Notes: generated by a model from the letters alone, not told the origin. A stretch of 64,000 bases of DNA from Pseudomonadales bacterium (GCA_020632265.1 JACKFW010000001.1:534846-598845), one strand, 5' to 3'. Shown: positions 48,594 through 59,793, counted from the stretch's first letter. Numbers and translations are program-made.

Positions 48594-48688
48594 AACTCAT
48601 GGGGTTTGTGGCAAGTATAATGTGGCGTAGATTTAAAATATTTACTGAATCTGCGCAACTATACTTAACAAGCAAACCCCCATGAGTT
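48594..48688. other. Long imperfect stem-loop (about 95 nt; outer stem AACTCATGGGGTTTG / CAAACCCCCATGAGTT, inner GCGTAGATT / AATCTGCGC) in the 157-nt dnaK-dnaJ intergenic spacer
   Basis: Read directly. No canonical U-tract follows on the coding (minus) strand. Confidence 0.6.
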
Positions 48689-48700
48689 CTAATTTATTAA

Positions 48701-50677
48701 TTACTCGTTAACTACTTCACCCTCTTCTACATCAGATTTTTCTGAATCACTTGGCTTTGCATTTTTGATTGTATCAGCCGAATCAGTAGCATCTGCATTA
48801 TTAGCACCACCATTTCCTTGAGTTGCGCCATCTGCACCTTTGCTGGCTTGCTCTTTTTGCATTACTTCACCAATTTTTTGAGCAGACTTGAACATTTCAT
48901 CGGTAGCGCTATCAAGCTCTTCTTTAGTAACATCATCTTTTGCTGCTAACTCTTGAAGCTTTTTAACGTCTTCAGCAATCTTATCTTTATCTGCTGCTTC
49001 CAATTTGTCGCCATATTCTTCTAGCTGTTTCTCGATTTCAAAAGCAACGGAATTAGCATGATTTTTGGCTTCAATCAACTCTTTCTTTCTTTTGTCATCT
49101 TCAGCATGAATTTCAGCATCCTGTTTCATTTTCTCCACCTCATCGTCAGACAAATTGGTTGAGTTTTGAATCGTAATTTTTTGCTCTTTACCAGTATTTT
49201 TATCTTTAGCTGTAACATTTAAAATACCATTAGAATCAATATCAAAAGTAACTTCAATCTGTGGAACTCCTCTAGGTGCTGGTGGAATACCATCTAGAAC
49301 GAAGCGTCCTAAAGTTTTGTTATCAGCAGCCATTTCTCGCTCACCTTGTAACACATTAATTTCAACTTGTGTTTGGTTTGGAGCAGCAGTTGAAAAAACT
49401 TGAGACTTGCTAGTAGGAATTGTGGTATTTCTATCAATAAGAGGAGTTCTAATACCACCTAAAGTTTCTAGTCCCAAAGTTAATGGCGTAACATCTAATA
49501 AAACAACATCTGTAACATCTCCACCAATGATTCCTGCTTGAATTGCAGCACCTATAGCCACAACTTCATCAGGATTCACGCCTTGATGTGGTTTTTTACC
49601 AAAGAATTTTTCAACTTCAGAAACTACTTTCGGCATACGGGTCTGACCACCAACCAAAACAATTTCATCAATATCTTTGGCAGTAACGCCCGCATCCTTG
49701 AGAGCTTTTTCTACCGGCTTAAAAGTCTTTTTAATTAATTCATCAACTACTTCTTCAAGTTTTGCACGAGTCAAAGTCATGGTTAAATGTAAAGGCTGAC
49801 CATCATCGCCCTGAGTAATAAATGGTTGATTAATTTCTGTTGAAGCAGCACTTGAAAGCTCAATTTTGGCTTTTTCTGCACTATCTTTGACACGTTGTAA
49901 GGCCTGAGGATCTTTTGATAAATCTTTGCCGGTTTCTTTCTTAAACTCAGCAATAATCCATTCAATCACTTTGCTATCAAAATCATCGCCTCCCAAAAAA
50001 GTATCTCCATTAGTTGATTTAACTTCAAAAACGCCACCTCCAATTTCCAATATGGAAATATCAAATGTTCCACCGCCGAGATCGTAAACTGCGATTGTGC
50101 TTGTGCCTTTTTTATCTAAACCATATGCTAATGCAGCCGCGGTTGGTTCATTAACAATACGTTCTACTTTTAATCCAGCAATTTCACCAGCCTGTTTGGT
50201 TGCTTGTCTTTGAGCATCGTCAAAATAGGCAGGAACAGTGATCACTGCTCTTGTAACTTTTGAACCCAAATAACTCTCGGCATCAGCTTTGGCTTTTGCC
50301 AAAATTTTTGCAGAAATTTCTTGAGGGGTATATTCTTTGTTGTCAATCTTAACAACGGCCATGCCATCTTTGCCTCCCGTTACCTCATAGGCCACATGTT
50401 TAATTGAAGATTTAACATCTTTTGAACTAAACTTTCCACCCATAAATCTTTTAACAGAATTAACGGTCTTTTTTGGATTCAGAACCATTTGTCGCTTGGC
50501 GGTATCACCAACTGAAACATCTTTTCCCTTGAATGAAACAATCGATGGAAAAGTGTTTCTACCTTCTGCAGTAGAAATGATTTTTGGGGAACCACCTTCC
50601 ATTACAGCAACAGCTGAATTGGTAGTACCCAAATCAATTCCAATAATCTTACCTGAATTTTGTTTATTATCTGTCAT
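48701..50677 (-). CDS. dnaK: Molecular chaperone DnaK (Hsp70)
   Basis: [18 protein letters not shown] and the full NBD and SBD, with an acidic C-terminal tail. Confidence 0.95.
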   Translation of the reverse strand: MTDNKQNSGKIIGIDLGTTNSAVAVMEGGSPKIISTAEGRNTFPSIVSFKGKDVSVGDTAKRQMVLNPKKTVNSVKRFMGGKFSSKDVKSSIKHVAYEVTGGKDGMAVVKIDNKEYTPQEISAKILAKAKADAESYLGSKVTRAVITVPAYFDDAQRQATKQAGEIAGLKVERIVNEPTAAALAYGLDKKGTSTIAVYDLGGGTFDISILEIGGGVFEVKSTNGDTFLGGDDFDSKVIEWIIAEFKKETGKDLSKDPQALQRVKDSAEKAKIELSSAASTEINQPFITQGDDGQPLHLTMTLTRAKLEEVVDELIKKTFKPVEKALKDAGVTAKDIDEIVLVGGQTRMPKVVSEVEKFFGKKPHQGVNPDEVVAIGAAIQAGIIGGDVTDVVLLDVTPLTLGLETLGGIRTPLIDRNTTIPTSKSQVFSTAAPNQTQVEINVLQGEREMAADNKTLGRFVLDGIPPAPRGVPQIEVTFDIDSNGILNVTAKDKNTGKEQKITIQNSTNLSDDEVEKMKQDAEIHAEDDKRKKELIEAKNHANSVAFEIEKQLEEYGDKLEAADKDKIAEDVKKLQELAAKDDVTKEELDSATDEMFKSAQKIGEVMQKEQASKGADGATQGNGGANNADATDSADTIKNAKPSDSEKSDVEEGEVVNE

Positions 50678-50840
50678 ATTTTCCTTTATAATAAATTTTT
50701 TTATACTTTTTTTGCTAAATATTTAACCAATTATCTTTATTAAATTTGGACCATCTATTTAACTTAGTTAATTATTTTAGCAGACAATCAAATAGACTGC
50801 TAGTAGCAATTTGATTGAAAGACTGCTAATGGTTTGTGGC

Positions 50841-51533
50841 CTAATCCAAAATCACTTTTGCGTGTTGGATAACTTCGTCATTTAAAATGAAGCCTTCTTT
50901 AACAATTTTAACTACTTTGCTACCTTTTTTTCCTTTTTCAACAACTTCCATTGTTTCAATATCAAATGTTTTTCCCAAACAATCAATTTTTCTTAATCCA
51001 TTTTCTCCTAAAACGTTCCATAATTGAGTAGATACCATATTCAGTCCTGGATCTTTTATTTGTTCAGATGCTAAAGATAAGTGAGCTAAAGGTTGAATTA
51101 AACTTTCAATAAAATCTCTAGCCGCCATCTTAATCAGTCTAGCTCGCTCTTCTTTAGTTCTCCTTACTAAATTTTGATAATCTGCAAGAGCTCGTTGTTT
51201 TTCATTTCTTGCATCTTCCAACTGTGAAAACAAATTCAAAAGTTCGTCCTTGGATATTTTCATCATATTTTCATCTGCATTCATTGCTTCGGGCTCGTTA
51301 TCTGAAGTCATATTTTCCTCTCGCTGTTTAACATCTGTCTGATTTTCAACCCATTTATTATCATCTGTCGGATTTTCAACCCATTCATTATCATCTGTCG
51401 GATTTTCAACCCATTCATTATCATCTGTCGGATTTTCAACCCATTCATTATCATCTGTCGGATTTTTTTCAATAGGCGGTTTGGTTGTATTTACTTTATT
51501 TTTTTTCATTTGTACATCCTTATTTGAACGCAA
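50841..51533 (-). CDS. grpE: Nucleotide exchange factor GrpE with N-terminal 10-aa tandem repeats
   Basis: The C-terminal GrpE core (LEDARNEKQRALADYQNLVRR...) is present. The N-terminus contains NPTDDNEWVE x4.3, encoded by perfect 30-bp DNA repeats at about 51341-51470. Confidence 0.8.
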   Translation of the reverse strand: MRSNKDVQMKKNKVNTTKPPIEKNPTDDNEWVENPTDDNEWVENPTDDNEWVENPTDDNKWVENQTDVKQREENMTSDNEPEAMNADENMMKISKDELLNLFSQLEDARNEKQRALADYQNLVRRTKEERARLIKMAARDFIESLIQPLAHLSLASEQIKDPGLNMVSTQLWNVLGENGLRKIDCLGKTFDIETMEVVEKGKKGSKVVKIVKEGFILNDEVIQHAKVILD

Positions 51534-51572
51534 ACAATAATATAATTAAAAATAATTACGTTATTTATAAAT

Positions 51573-52295
51573 TTATTCAACAATTTCTTTAATCAATGTT
51601 CTAACGTATTTCATCATTGGAATAATATATGGGTAATCAAATCTGCTTGAACCTAAAACTCCAACGTGAATTACTTGATCATCTATATTGAAGGTCATAT
51701 GTATTATGCCAATCAAATCCAAATCCTTATTTCCTAATTCTGGACCATAAATAACTTGAACCAAATTCTCGCTTGTTCCAGATCTAAAAATTTCCTCTAA
51801 CATTGATTCTTCTTCAATTAATTGAAGTACATGCCTCATTACTTTGATATCATAAAATTCGGGCATTTGGAGTAAATTTGCATAACCGGCATGATAGAGT
51901 TGATCATCTTCGATTAAAGTTATGGCTAGCGCGCCAGATTTATCTGCCAAAACCTTGGTAATTTGATGAAACATTTTATCAATCTTACTACGGCTATTCC
52001 AAATTTTATCTTTGGCTGATACTTCATCAGCAACAGATAATTCTTTTTCTTTCATCAATTCATTTACATATAATTTCATGGCAACAGATGTGGGAATACG
52101 ACCAGCACTACTATGTGTTTTGGTTAAATAACCCTGATTTGTTAAATAAACCATTTCATTTCTAATAGTTGCTGGAGAAACACCAATGGCAAACTTTTTA
52201 TCAATTGTTTCAGACCCAACCGGCTGGGCTGTGGCAATAAACTCCTCAATTAGAGCTCTTAGTATTTGAACCTGTCTAGCAGTTAGATCAATCAT
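51573..52295 (-). CDS. hrcA: Heat-inducible transcription repressor HrcA (short, 240 aa)
   Basis: The N-terminal winged helix LTARQVQILRALIEEFIATAQPVGSETI...SPATIRNEMVYLTNQGYLTKTHSSAGRIPT matches the HrcA consensus. The operon order is hrcA-grpE-dnaK-dnaJ. Confidence 0.8.
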   Translation of the reverse strand: MIDLTARQVQILRALIEEFIATAQPVGSETIDKKFAIGVSPATIRNEMVYLTNQGYLTKTHSSAGRIPTSVAMKLYVNELMKEKELSVADEVSAKDKIWNSRSKIDKMFHQITKVLADKSGALAITLIEDDQLYHAGYANLLQMPEFYDIKVMRHVLQLIEEESMLEEIFRSGTSENLVQVIYGPELGNKDLDLIGIIHMTFNIDDQVIHVGVLGSSRFDYPYIIPMMKYVRTLIKEIVE

Positions 52296-52298
52296 ATA

Positions 52299-52326
52299 CT
52301 AGCAATCATATCTATTGGTTGCTAAG
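52299..52326. promoter_or_regulatory. CIRCE-like inverted repeat TTAGCAACC-N10-GATTGCTAG (half-sites TTAGCA / TGCTAG separated by 15 nt, the same spacing as the CIRCE consensus TTAGCACTC-N9-GAGTGCTAA), abutting the hrcA start codon
   Basis: Read directly on the minus strand, 4 nt upstream of the hrcA ATG. The position matches autoregulation of the hrcA-dnaK operon. Confidence 0.5.
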
Positions 52327-52432
52327 TTGTCAACTAACTAGTCTTTAGTGTAGACTTAAAGGAAGTATTTTTTTGATATTTTAATTTATAATTTTACTCG
52401 AGCTATCAACATATATCTTCAATATAAATCAA

Positions 52433-53845
52433 ATGTATATAAACAAAACCAAAAAAATTAAAATGATTGCTCAATTTCTGATTTTCTTGGTAATTTTGAT
52501 ATTTGTAATCATCTCGGCATTTCAGATTGATGTGGTTAGAGAATTTTTTGGTCAAGCTTCTGGAGAAAATTCCGATATCCATGTTTACACTAATGCTGTG
52601 CTTGGTGTCTACCACCGGCCGTGGAGAAATTTAGCTCAAGGAGGTGAAGACAAAAATTGGAGACTCGAACCAATAGTTCCTCAAATTAGAGCACTCAATC
52701 CCGAATACATTAGAATAGACCATATTTACGATTTTTATGATGTTGTTCAAGGAACATCTGGTAATTTAAGCTTTAACTTTTCCAAACTCGACCTAATTAT
52801 TAGCGATATTCTTTCAACGGGTGCAAAACCCTACATTGCTTTATCATATATGCCTTCTCAACTTGCAAATGGAGATATTATTGGACAACCAGAAAATTAT
52901 GCCGATTGGCAACTGGTAGTTCAAAGGACCATTGAACACATTAGTGGAACTAGAGGAATTGCAGATGTTTACTATGAGGTTTGGAACGAACCAGATCTTT
53001 TTGGTAGCTGGAAATATTACGGCAACAAAAATTATCTCAATCTTTATTTATATGCTTCTAGAGGAGCCCAAAATGCCAGAAATGTTCAAGCTTTTAAGCT
53101 CGGAGGTCCAGCAACCACTGCATTTTATAAAAATTGGATCGAAGCGCTAGCAAAATTTGTTATAAATAATAACTTAAAGCTCGATTTTATATCTTGGCAT
53201 CAATACAGCACTAATATCGATCAATATCGTATTGATATGATTGATGTCAGAAAATCCATGGAAAAATTTCCTCAATTAGAACCAACTGTAGAATTTAATC
53301 TAACTGAGTGGGGTCATGATAGTGATAATAATGCTGGCTATGACAATAATTTTTCAGCAGCACACACAGTAGCTGGTTCAATTGAAATGGTTGGAATTAT
53401 TCAAAAAGCTTTTTCATTTGAAATTCAGGATGGGAAAAATGGTGATAATAAAGAATACTGGGGTAGATGGGGATTATTTACTCATCAAGATTTCGGGAGT
53501 AATCCAAAACCAAGATATTTTGCGCTTAAAATGCTTGATAGAATCCCAAATCAAAGAGTTCAGTTACTCGGAAAAGGAAGTTGGGTCAAAGCATTGGCAG
53601 GTAAAAATTTGAATGACAATATTGAAATAGTTTTGGCGAACTATGATAGTCATAACTCACATGTAGAAAATGTACCAATTACATATGAAGATATTACCCC
53701 AGGAACTTTCAAAATTGTCAAGGAACTAAATAACGGTCAAAATTATATCGAAAATATTTCAACTACAGAAGCCAAGCTTAAAACTACTTTATTTATGCCA
53801 GCCAATACGGTCGGATACGTCACACTCCAGAGAATTTCTGAATAA
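52433..53845 (+). CDS. Membrane-anchored clan GH-A glycoside hydrolase (GH39/GH5-like)
   Basis: N-terminal TM anchor, a YYEVWNEPDL (NEP acid/base) motif and a later NLTEWG (nucleophile TE) motif with clan GH-A spacing. Confidence 0.55.
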   Translation: MYINKTKKIKMIAQFLIFLVILIFVIISAFQIDVVREFFGQASGENSDIHVYTNAVLGVYHRPWRNLAQGGEDKNWRLEPIVPQIRALNPEYIRIDHIYDFYDVVQGTSGNLSFNFSKLDLIISDILSTGAKPYIALSYMPSQLANGDIIGQPENYADWQLVVQRTIEHISGTRGIADVYYEVWNEPDLFGSWKYYGNKNYLNLYLYASRGAQNARNVQAFKLGGPATTAFYKNWIEALAKFVINNNLKLDFISWHQYSTNIDQYRIDMIDVRKSMEKFPQLEPTVEFNLTEWGHDSDNNAGYDNNFSAAHTVAGSIEMVGIIQKAFSFEIQDGKNGDNKEYWGRWGLFTHQDFGSNPKPRYFALKMLDRIPNQRVQLLGKGSWVKALAGKNLNDNIEIVLANYDSHNSHVENVPITYEDITPGTFKIVKELNNGQNYIENISTTEAKLKTTLFMPANTVGYVTLQRISE

Positions 53846-53928
53846 ATTATCCAAGTTTCTTTCTCAATATTTCTCACATTTGAACATAGTAAATTTAACA
53901 GATTTGTATCCCAAAAAGTAAATCACAT

Positions 53929-55101
53929 TTAATTAATTTTTGATTCAATAAACTTTAAAATTTCTTCTTTAAATCTTTCCTTACTAAACTTTAAAGAATA
54001 TTTGTAAATTTTGTTGCGATCAAATAAAGTTTTTTCAATCTTTTTAATTGCTTTGGCAAAATCAATAACAGTAAATTCAGTAAAAAATACGCCGTTTTCT
54101 CCTTCAATTACTGTTTCAAGTGGACCACCCGACTTATGTGCCACCACCGGTACTCCATGACCCATTGCTTCTATCGGAACCATGCCGAAATCTTCATCTT
54201 CCGCTGGATATAACAAGGCCTTTGCATTCTCATACAACTCACCCAACTCTTTATCATTTACCCCTCCCAAAAATTCAACATTAGGACCAGCAATTTCTTT
54301 AAGATAATCCAAACCTTTTCCGGTGCCAACAACTTTTAAATTAAATCCTTTTAAATTGGCTGTTTTAATAGCTAAATCGACATGCTTGCTCATAGCCAAA
54401 CGACCTACAAATAAATAATATTCTTCTTTTTTGTCTGAAATGGACATATTATTTGCATTCAAAAACTCACTATTTTTTGGAGCTGATTTACTCTTTTTTT
54501 CGATAAATTTTCTCCCTTTATCAATCTGAATAGGTGGATATATCACAGTAGAATCTATCTTATAAAATTTTTGGATTCTTTTGGCAGTTTCTTTGGAATT
54601 AGCAATGAAATAATCAACATTGTTTCTAGAAATATATAGATCCATTACTCTCAAGTAATGATTAATTAGATTTCCAAAAAACTTCATTAACGGATTTCTT
54701 TTCCAATCTGTCATGGTTGTATATCCGTACAAAGAACGAGCTGGAGTATGACAATAACAAATATGAATACCATTTTTTACTCTAACTGCTTTTGAAAAAT
54801 ATGCATTAGTTGATGAAATAACTAAATCATATTGAGATAAATCAAACTTAGAAAAATATTGAGGTGCAAAAATTCTCAAAGGTGAAAAGAGTTGCTTATA
54901 AAAAGGTATTTTAGTAAGCCAGCTTTGATAGATTCTCCAATCTGAAAATTTTTGCCAATGAATTCCCGTGACTAAAGAATCAGTAAAAGAAACATAAAGT
55001 GGTGCATCTGGAAATATTTCGTGAAGAGCTTCAACAACCCTCTCAGCACCTCCATACTCTCGCAAATAATCATGAACTAGGGCAACTCGTATTTTTTTCA
55101 T
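53929..55101 (-). CDS. Family 4 glycosyltransferase (GT-B)
   Basis: C-terminal EDEDFGMVPIEAMGHGVPVVAHKSGGPLE (E-x7-E GT4 signature). Confidence 0.8.
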   Translation of the reverse strand: MKKIRVALVHDYLREYGGAERVVEALHEIFPDAPLYVSFTDSLVTGIHWQKFSDWRIYQSWLTKIPFYKQLFSPLRIFAPQYFSKFDLSQYDLVISSTNAYFSKAVRVKNGIHICYCHTPARSLYGYTTMTDWKRNPLMKFFGNLINHYLRVMDLYISRNNVDYFIANSKETAKRIQKFYKIDSTVIYPPIQIDKGRKFIEKKSKSAPKNSEFLNANNMSISDKKEEYYLFVGRLAMSKHVDLAIKTANLKGFNLKVVGTGKGLDYLKEIAGPNVEFLGGVNDKELGELYENAKALLYPAEDEDFGMVPIEAMGHGVPVVAHKSGGPLETVIEGENGVFFTEFTVIDFAKAIKKIEKTLFDRNKIYKYSLKFSKERFKEEILKFIESKIN

Positions 55102-55238
55102 AGTGTGTGTCGCTCATTATACATTTTTATTTAATGTTGTTTGTTAGAATGCTTAAAAAAATAAATTTTAAAAGCGAACATTCAGGACTTGTTCCTGCGA
55201 GAGCTTTTACAAATTTATTTAAAACAATTCATCTTTAT

Positions 55239-56231
55239 TTAAAACAAAGCTTCCTGAACCGACGTTTCAAAGTCGTCCCTAGGCAACATTCTTTTTAATG
55301 AAACAAAGTCATATTTATCAAATAACTGAGCAACTTGATCTTTACTATAATCTTTTACTACACATTTTTTTAAAGAAAAATTAACAGGTGCATCTAAAAT
55401 AATTGTTGCAAGTTCTTTGCTCAGGAAAGCCATATCTCTTCCAGCAAGCATTTTTTTTATGATGGCACCTTTTAAAACTGGATGCACTGTTAAAGCAACC
55501 CCGGTGGCTATTCTATCAACTTCTTCATAAACTCTTTGCAAATTATCAAATTCTTGAATTAATTTTGTGGCAGTTTTTGCCCCAACTCCTTTAACGCCGG
55601 GAATATTATCTGAAGGATCGCCCATTAGAGCTTTAAGATCAACAATTTGATTGGCCCTTACGCCCATTTTATCAACTACTTCAGCTTCATCATATTCTCG
55701 ATCATGTGAAAATCTTCCTCTTCCGGGAATAAAAACATGAGTATTATCATCATCAACAAGTTGTAAAATATCTTTATCGCCTGTAACGATAGTGGTAAGA
55801 ATTTTTTGGGATTCTGGCAATTTGTTATTTGCTTTCGCCATCATTCTGGCAATAGTTCCCAAAATATCATCTGCTTCAAAACCTGATAGTTCGAATTGAG
55901 GAATATTAAAAACTTCAACAATATTCTTGATAATTGGTACCTGTGAAATTAAGTCTTCAGGCATCGGTTTTCTTTGAGCTTTATAAGCCTCAAATGAATC
56001 AACTCTTTTGGATTTACCATGCCTATGATCAAAGGCAACTGCAATATATTTTGGCTGAAAATCGTTGATTGATTTTAATAAAATTCGAGAAAAACCATAA
56101 ACTGCATTAGTTAATTGACCAGAAGAATCTGTTAAATCAGGAAAGGCGTGGTAAGCTCTATAAATTATGGCATGACCATCTAAGATCAAAAATCTATCTC
56201 TATCTTCAATTCTATTTTCAAGTTGCAACAT
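55239..56231 (-). CDS. Stand-alone Pol I-type 5'-3' exonuclease / FEN (ExoIX/YpcP-like)
   Basis: LILDGHAIIYRAYHAF, GFEADDILGT, TGDKDILQLV and the H3TH region (GVKGVGAKTATKLI). Confidence 0.85.
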   Translation of the reverse strand: MLQLENRIEDRDRFLILDGHAIIYRAYHAFPDLTDSSGQLTNAVYGFSRILLKSINDFQPKYIAVAFDHRHGKSKRVDSFEAYKAQRKPMPEDLISQVPIIKNIVEVFNIPQFELSGFEADDILGTIARMMAKANNKLPESQKILTTIVTGDKDILQLVDDDNTHVFIPGRGRFSHDREYDEAEVVDKMGVRANQIVDLKALMGDPSDNIPGVKGVGAKTATKLIQEFDNLQRVYEEVDRIATGVALTVHPVLKGAIIKKMLAGRDMAFLSKELATIILDAPVNFSLKKCVVKDYSKDQVAQLFDKYDFVSLKRMLPRDDFETSVQEALF

Positions 56232-56246
56232 GATGTAAGTGTATCA

Positions 56247-58289
56247 CTAGACCCTTACTTTTGCCTTAGGCACACCCATTAGTTTTTCAAACTCATCGCC
56301 ATCGAGGGATTCAACTTTGATCAGTTCTTGTGAAATTTCGTCTAACTGCTTGCGATATTTAATTAGAATCTCATCAGCTTTTTTTTGTCCTGCATCAATA
56401 ATTTTTTTAATTTCATTATCTACTTTTTCTTGTAAACTTTCAGAAATTTTATCTGACTCACCCCACATAGAATTATAACTTGCATCAGATTGTGGACTAA
56501 AATTCATTGGCCCAAGTGGACTCATACCATAATCATTAACCATTGCGCGAGCAATTCTTGTGGCTTTTTGGATATCACTGCTAGCACCAGCTGTAAGTTC
56601 ATTAAATACTAATTTTTCGGCCGATCTTCCACCCAATAAAACTGCGATGCTATCCATTAATTCTGATTTTGTTGTTTGTAATTTATCTTTTTCTGGTGGA
56701 GTAAGTGTAAAACCTAATGCTCTACCTCTTGAGAGAATGGATACTCTATGAACTGGATCTGCATTTGGCGAAACATGAGCAATAATTGAATGACCAATTT
56801 CATGATACGAAGTCATTTTTTTCTCCAAATCATCTTGCAGTCTCTTCTTACTTGGTCCTAGCTTAACTTTTAATGCTGCTTCTTCAATATCTTCCAAACT
56901 AATAATTTCTCTATTTGCTCGTACAACAGAAATAGCAGCTTCATTAAGCATATTTTCTATATCTGCTCCAGAAAAACCCACTGTTCTTTTGGCAACTTTT
57001 TCCCACTTTAATCCTTTCACAAAAGGTTTATTTTTTGCATGGATTTTAATAATAAACTTACGCTCTTCCAAATCCGGAAGTGCCACCAATACTCTTCGAT
57101 CAAAACGACCTGGTCTCACCAAAGCAGGGTCAAGCATGTCACCTCGATTTGTGGCCGCCATCACAATCACATTGTCATTCTGAGAAAAACCATCCATTTC
57201 TACTAATATTTGATTTAGTGTTTGCTCGCGCTCATCATGCCCGCCCATATTACCTCTGCCTCTAGCTCTACCAATAGCGTCGATTTCATCAATAAAAATG
57301 ATTGAAGGAGCTAATTTTTTAGCGGTTAAAAATAAATCTCGAGCTCTAGAAGCACCAACTCCCACAAGCATTTCCATAAATTCACTGCCGGCAATTGAAA
57401 GGAACTGCACACCTGCTTCGCCAGCAACAGCTCGGGCTAACAAAGTTTTCCCTGTGCCAGCAGGACCAACTAACAACACGCCCTTTGGAGTTCTAGCGCC
57501 AACTTTTGCATACTTCTTTGGATTTTTCAAAAAATCAACAATTTCTTCAAGTTCTTTTTTTGCTTCATCCATACCACCTACTGCAGAAAAGTTTGTATTT
57601 TGTTTGCCTTTTACAAAAAGCTTGGCTTTACTTTTACCGATGCCAAGAATACCATCTTGGCCACCTTTTGCTTGTCTAAAAATAAACAAGAAAACCACAA
57701 TCATTAACAATACTGGCAAAAATGAAAGTACTAATTTCCAAATCAATTCACTAGCAGCAACACTTTGAACTTCGAGATCAGTTTTTGCTAAATCAATTTC
57801 AGCTGCTTTAAAAATATCCACTAAATCTTGGCCGTCCTCTTTGAGCGCAATTTTTTCGGAACTGTCCTTGTATTCAGCTCTTAATTCGTTGCCAGTAATT
57901 TCAATTTTCTGAATTTTATCTTCTCTCACATCAGAAACAAGATTACTTAGAGAAATCTCATTACTGTTATCGGTTGTAAAAAGTGAAAGAATAAATGGTA
58001 AAAATAGCAATCCCAAAAAGATATACAAAAAACTTTTATTCAAGAGATTCTTTGGACTTAAATTTATTGTGTATGACTTAATAGCAACTTTTTTTGGCAA
58101 CACACTTTTGCTTTGTGAATTTTTTTCAGGTTGTAAATCGGGATTAACCACCGGATTTGTAGTAGAACTATTAGTTGGATTTGTAGCTGTACTAATAGTC
58201 GATTTTGTGACCGTAGTATTAGTTGGCTTTGTGACCACACTATTAGTAGTTGGCTTTTTAGAAGTTTTTTTTGTTTCTGTCATAATCAA
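56247..58289 (-). CDS. ftsH: ATP-dependent zinc metalloprotease FtsH with Thr/Asn/Ser-rich N-terminal extension
   Basis: Two TM helices, AAA+ domain ([19 protein letters not shown] region) and the HEIGH zinc-binding motif. About 60 extra low-complexity residues at the N-terminus. Confidence 0.9.
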   Translation of the reverse strand: MIMTETKKTSKKPTTNSVVTKPTNTTVTKSTISTATNPTNSSTTNPVVNPDLQPEKNSQSKSVLPKKVAIKSYTINLSPKNLLNKSFLYIFLGLLFLPFILSLFTTDNSNEISLSNLVSDVREDKIQKIEITGNELRAEYKDSSEKIALKEDGQDLVDIFKAAEIDLAKTDLEVQSVAASELIWKLVLSFLPVLLMIVVFLFIFRQAKGGQDGILGIGKSKAKLFVKGKQNTNFSAVGGMDEAKKELEEIVDFLKNPKKYAKVGARTPKGVLLVGPAGTGKTLLARAVAGEAGVQFLSIAGSEFMEMLVGVGASRARDLFLTAKKLAPSIIFIDEIDAIGRARGRGNMGGHDEREQTLNQILVEMDGFSQNDNVIVMAATNRGDMLDPALVRPGRFDRRVLVALPDLEERKFIIKIHAKNKPFVKGLKWEKVAKRTVGFSGADIENMLNEAAISVVRANREIISLEDIEEAALKVKLGPSKKRLQDDLEKKMTSYHEIGHSIIAHVSPNADPVHRVSILSRGRALGFTLTPPEKDKLQTTKSELMDSIAVLLGGRSAEKLVFNELTAGASSDIQKATRIARAMVNDYGMSPLGPMNFSPQSDASYNSMWGESDKISESLQEKVDNEIKKIIDAGQKKADEILIKYRKQLDEISQELIKVESLDGDEFEKLMGVPKAKVRV

Positions 58290-58402
58290 TTTATAGCTAA
58301 TTTCTTGCAGAACTTTCTATTTTATTCCGGATTCATATTCAAAGATAATTATCGTCACATTGTAACATGTGAAATCAATTTTCATTATTATAAATTTAAA
58401 AA

Positions 58403-58735
58403 TTATCTTACAATTTCTCCTGGAATTAAATCGTATTCAGGCTTAAGCAAAACTGCCGTATCTTGACCTGCCGCAATAATCATTCCTTGACTAACTATCC
58501 CCTTAAGAGTTCTTGGAGCTAAATTTGCCAAATAGACAACTAATTTTCCTTCCAAATCTTGTGGAGAATACCACTCTTTAATCCCAGCTGCAACAATTCT
58601 TTCGCCTATTTCCTGCCCAACATCCAAAGTTATTTTCAACAATCGATCTGCTCCTTCAATTTCTTCTGCAGTAATAATTTTTGCAACTCTTAAATCCAGT
58701 TTAATAAAATCATCGTATTGAATTTCATCTTTCAT
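58403..58735 (-). CDS. tRNA-binding OB-fold protein (CsaA/Trbp111/EMAP-like)
   Basis: The FIKLDLRVAKIITAEEIEGADRLLKITLDVG pattern typical of the MetRS C-terminal/CsaA tRNA-binding domain. Confidence 0.75.
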   Translation of the reverse strand: MKDEIQYDDFIKLDLRVAKIITAEEIEGADRLLKITLDVGQEIGERIVAAGIKEWYSPQDLEGKLVVYLANLAPRTLKGIVSQGMIIAAGQDTAVLLKPEYDLIPGEIVR

Positions 58736-58759
58736 AATTACCTTTCAAAAAAATTTCCT

Positions 58760-59743
58760 TTAACTCAATCCCATTACTTGTTTAACTTCTAACAAGGTTT
58801 TTTGGGCAATTGATCTCGATTTTTCTGCACCTACCTTGATCATTTCGTCGATATATGCTGGATTTAATTCTAGCTGAGCACGCTTGACTTGGATCGGCTC
58901 AATTTCAACAAAAATTGCTTCTGCCAATTGTTTTTTTAAATCTCCATACCTAATGCCAGTTGAAGTATATAGATTTTCATAATGTTTTCTAGTTTCTGCA
59001 CCTTCAAATAATTCTACCAACTTTAATAAATTAGCCACACCACCTTCTTGAGGCACAGTTTCACCAAATCCCAAATCAGTTGGAGCTCTTTTTAATTTTT
59101 TAACAATCGTATCAATATCATCACTTAAATCAATCGAGCTACCCTCAACTGTTTTACTCATCTTACCCTCACCTAATAATGAAGGAACATACTCACCTTT
59201 TGTAGCAAATCTAGTTGGCTCAGGAAAATCCAGACCATACTTTTCATTCATTTTACGTGCCACTTCCCGAGCAATTTCTAGATGTGGTTCCTGATCAATG
59301 CCCACCGGAACTTTACTTGCCTTGTAAATTAAAATATCCGCCGCCATCAGCAACGGATAGTTTAGTAATGCCATAGTAACATCGTTTGGATATTGCTTGA
59401 CTTTATCTTTAAAAGTTGGCAAATGTTGCATTCTAGCAATAGAAATAACTGAAGAAAAATAGAAAGCTAACTCGGCGTGAAGCATTACATCAGATTGTAA
59501 AAACAAGGTGGATTTTTCTGGGTCAAGTCCTGCAGAAATGTAATTAATTAGAACTTCCCGACGATTAGTTTTTAGTTCCAGAACTGAGTACGGAGTAGTT
59601 ACCGCATGCATGTCAGCCACCATATACAACGTTTCGTAATCAGGGTTATCTTGCAACGCAAGCATACCTTTAACTCCACCCAGGTAATTCCCTAAATGCA
59701 ATTTTCCTGAAGCTCTCATGGCTGCTAAAACTCGTTTTTTCAT
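58760..59743 (-). CDS. trpS: Tryptophanyl-tRNA synthetase (likely start at MKKRVLAAMRASG; the ORF is open to 59764)
   Basis: HIGH-class motif (GKLHLGNYLG) and KMSKS (GKMSKTVEGS). TrpRS-like length. Confidence 0.9.
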   Translation of the reverse strand: MKKRVLAAMRASGKLHLGNYLGGVKGMLALQDNPDYETLYMVADMHAVTTPYSVLELKTNRREVLINYISAGLDPEKSTLFLQSDVMLHAELAFYFSSVISIARMQHLPTFKDKVKQYPNDVTMALLNYPLLMAADILIYKASKVPVGIDQEPHLEIAREVARKMNEKYGLDFPEPTRFATKGEYVPSLLGEGKMSKTVEGSSIDLSDDIDTIVKKLKRAPTDLGFGETVPQEGGVANLLKLVELFEGAETRKHYENLYTSTGIRYGDLKKQLAEAIFVEIEPIQVKRAQLELNPAYIDEMIKVGAEKSRSIAQKTLLEVKQVMGLS

Positions 59744-59793
59744 AATTTCTTTCTTGAAGAACATTTTATCATTCTTTTATAAATAATAATTTC

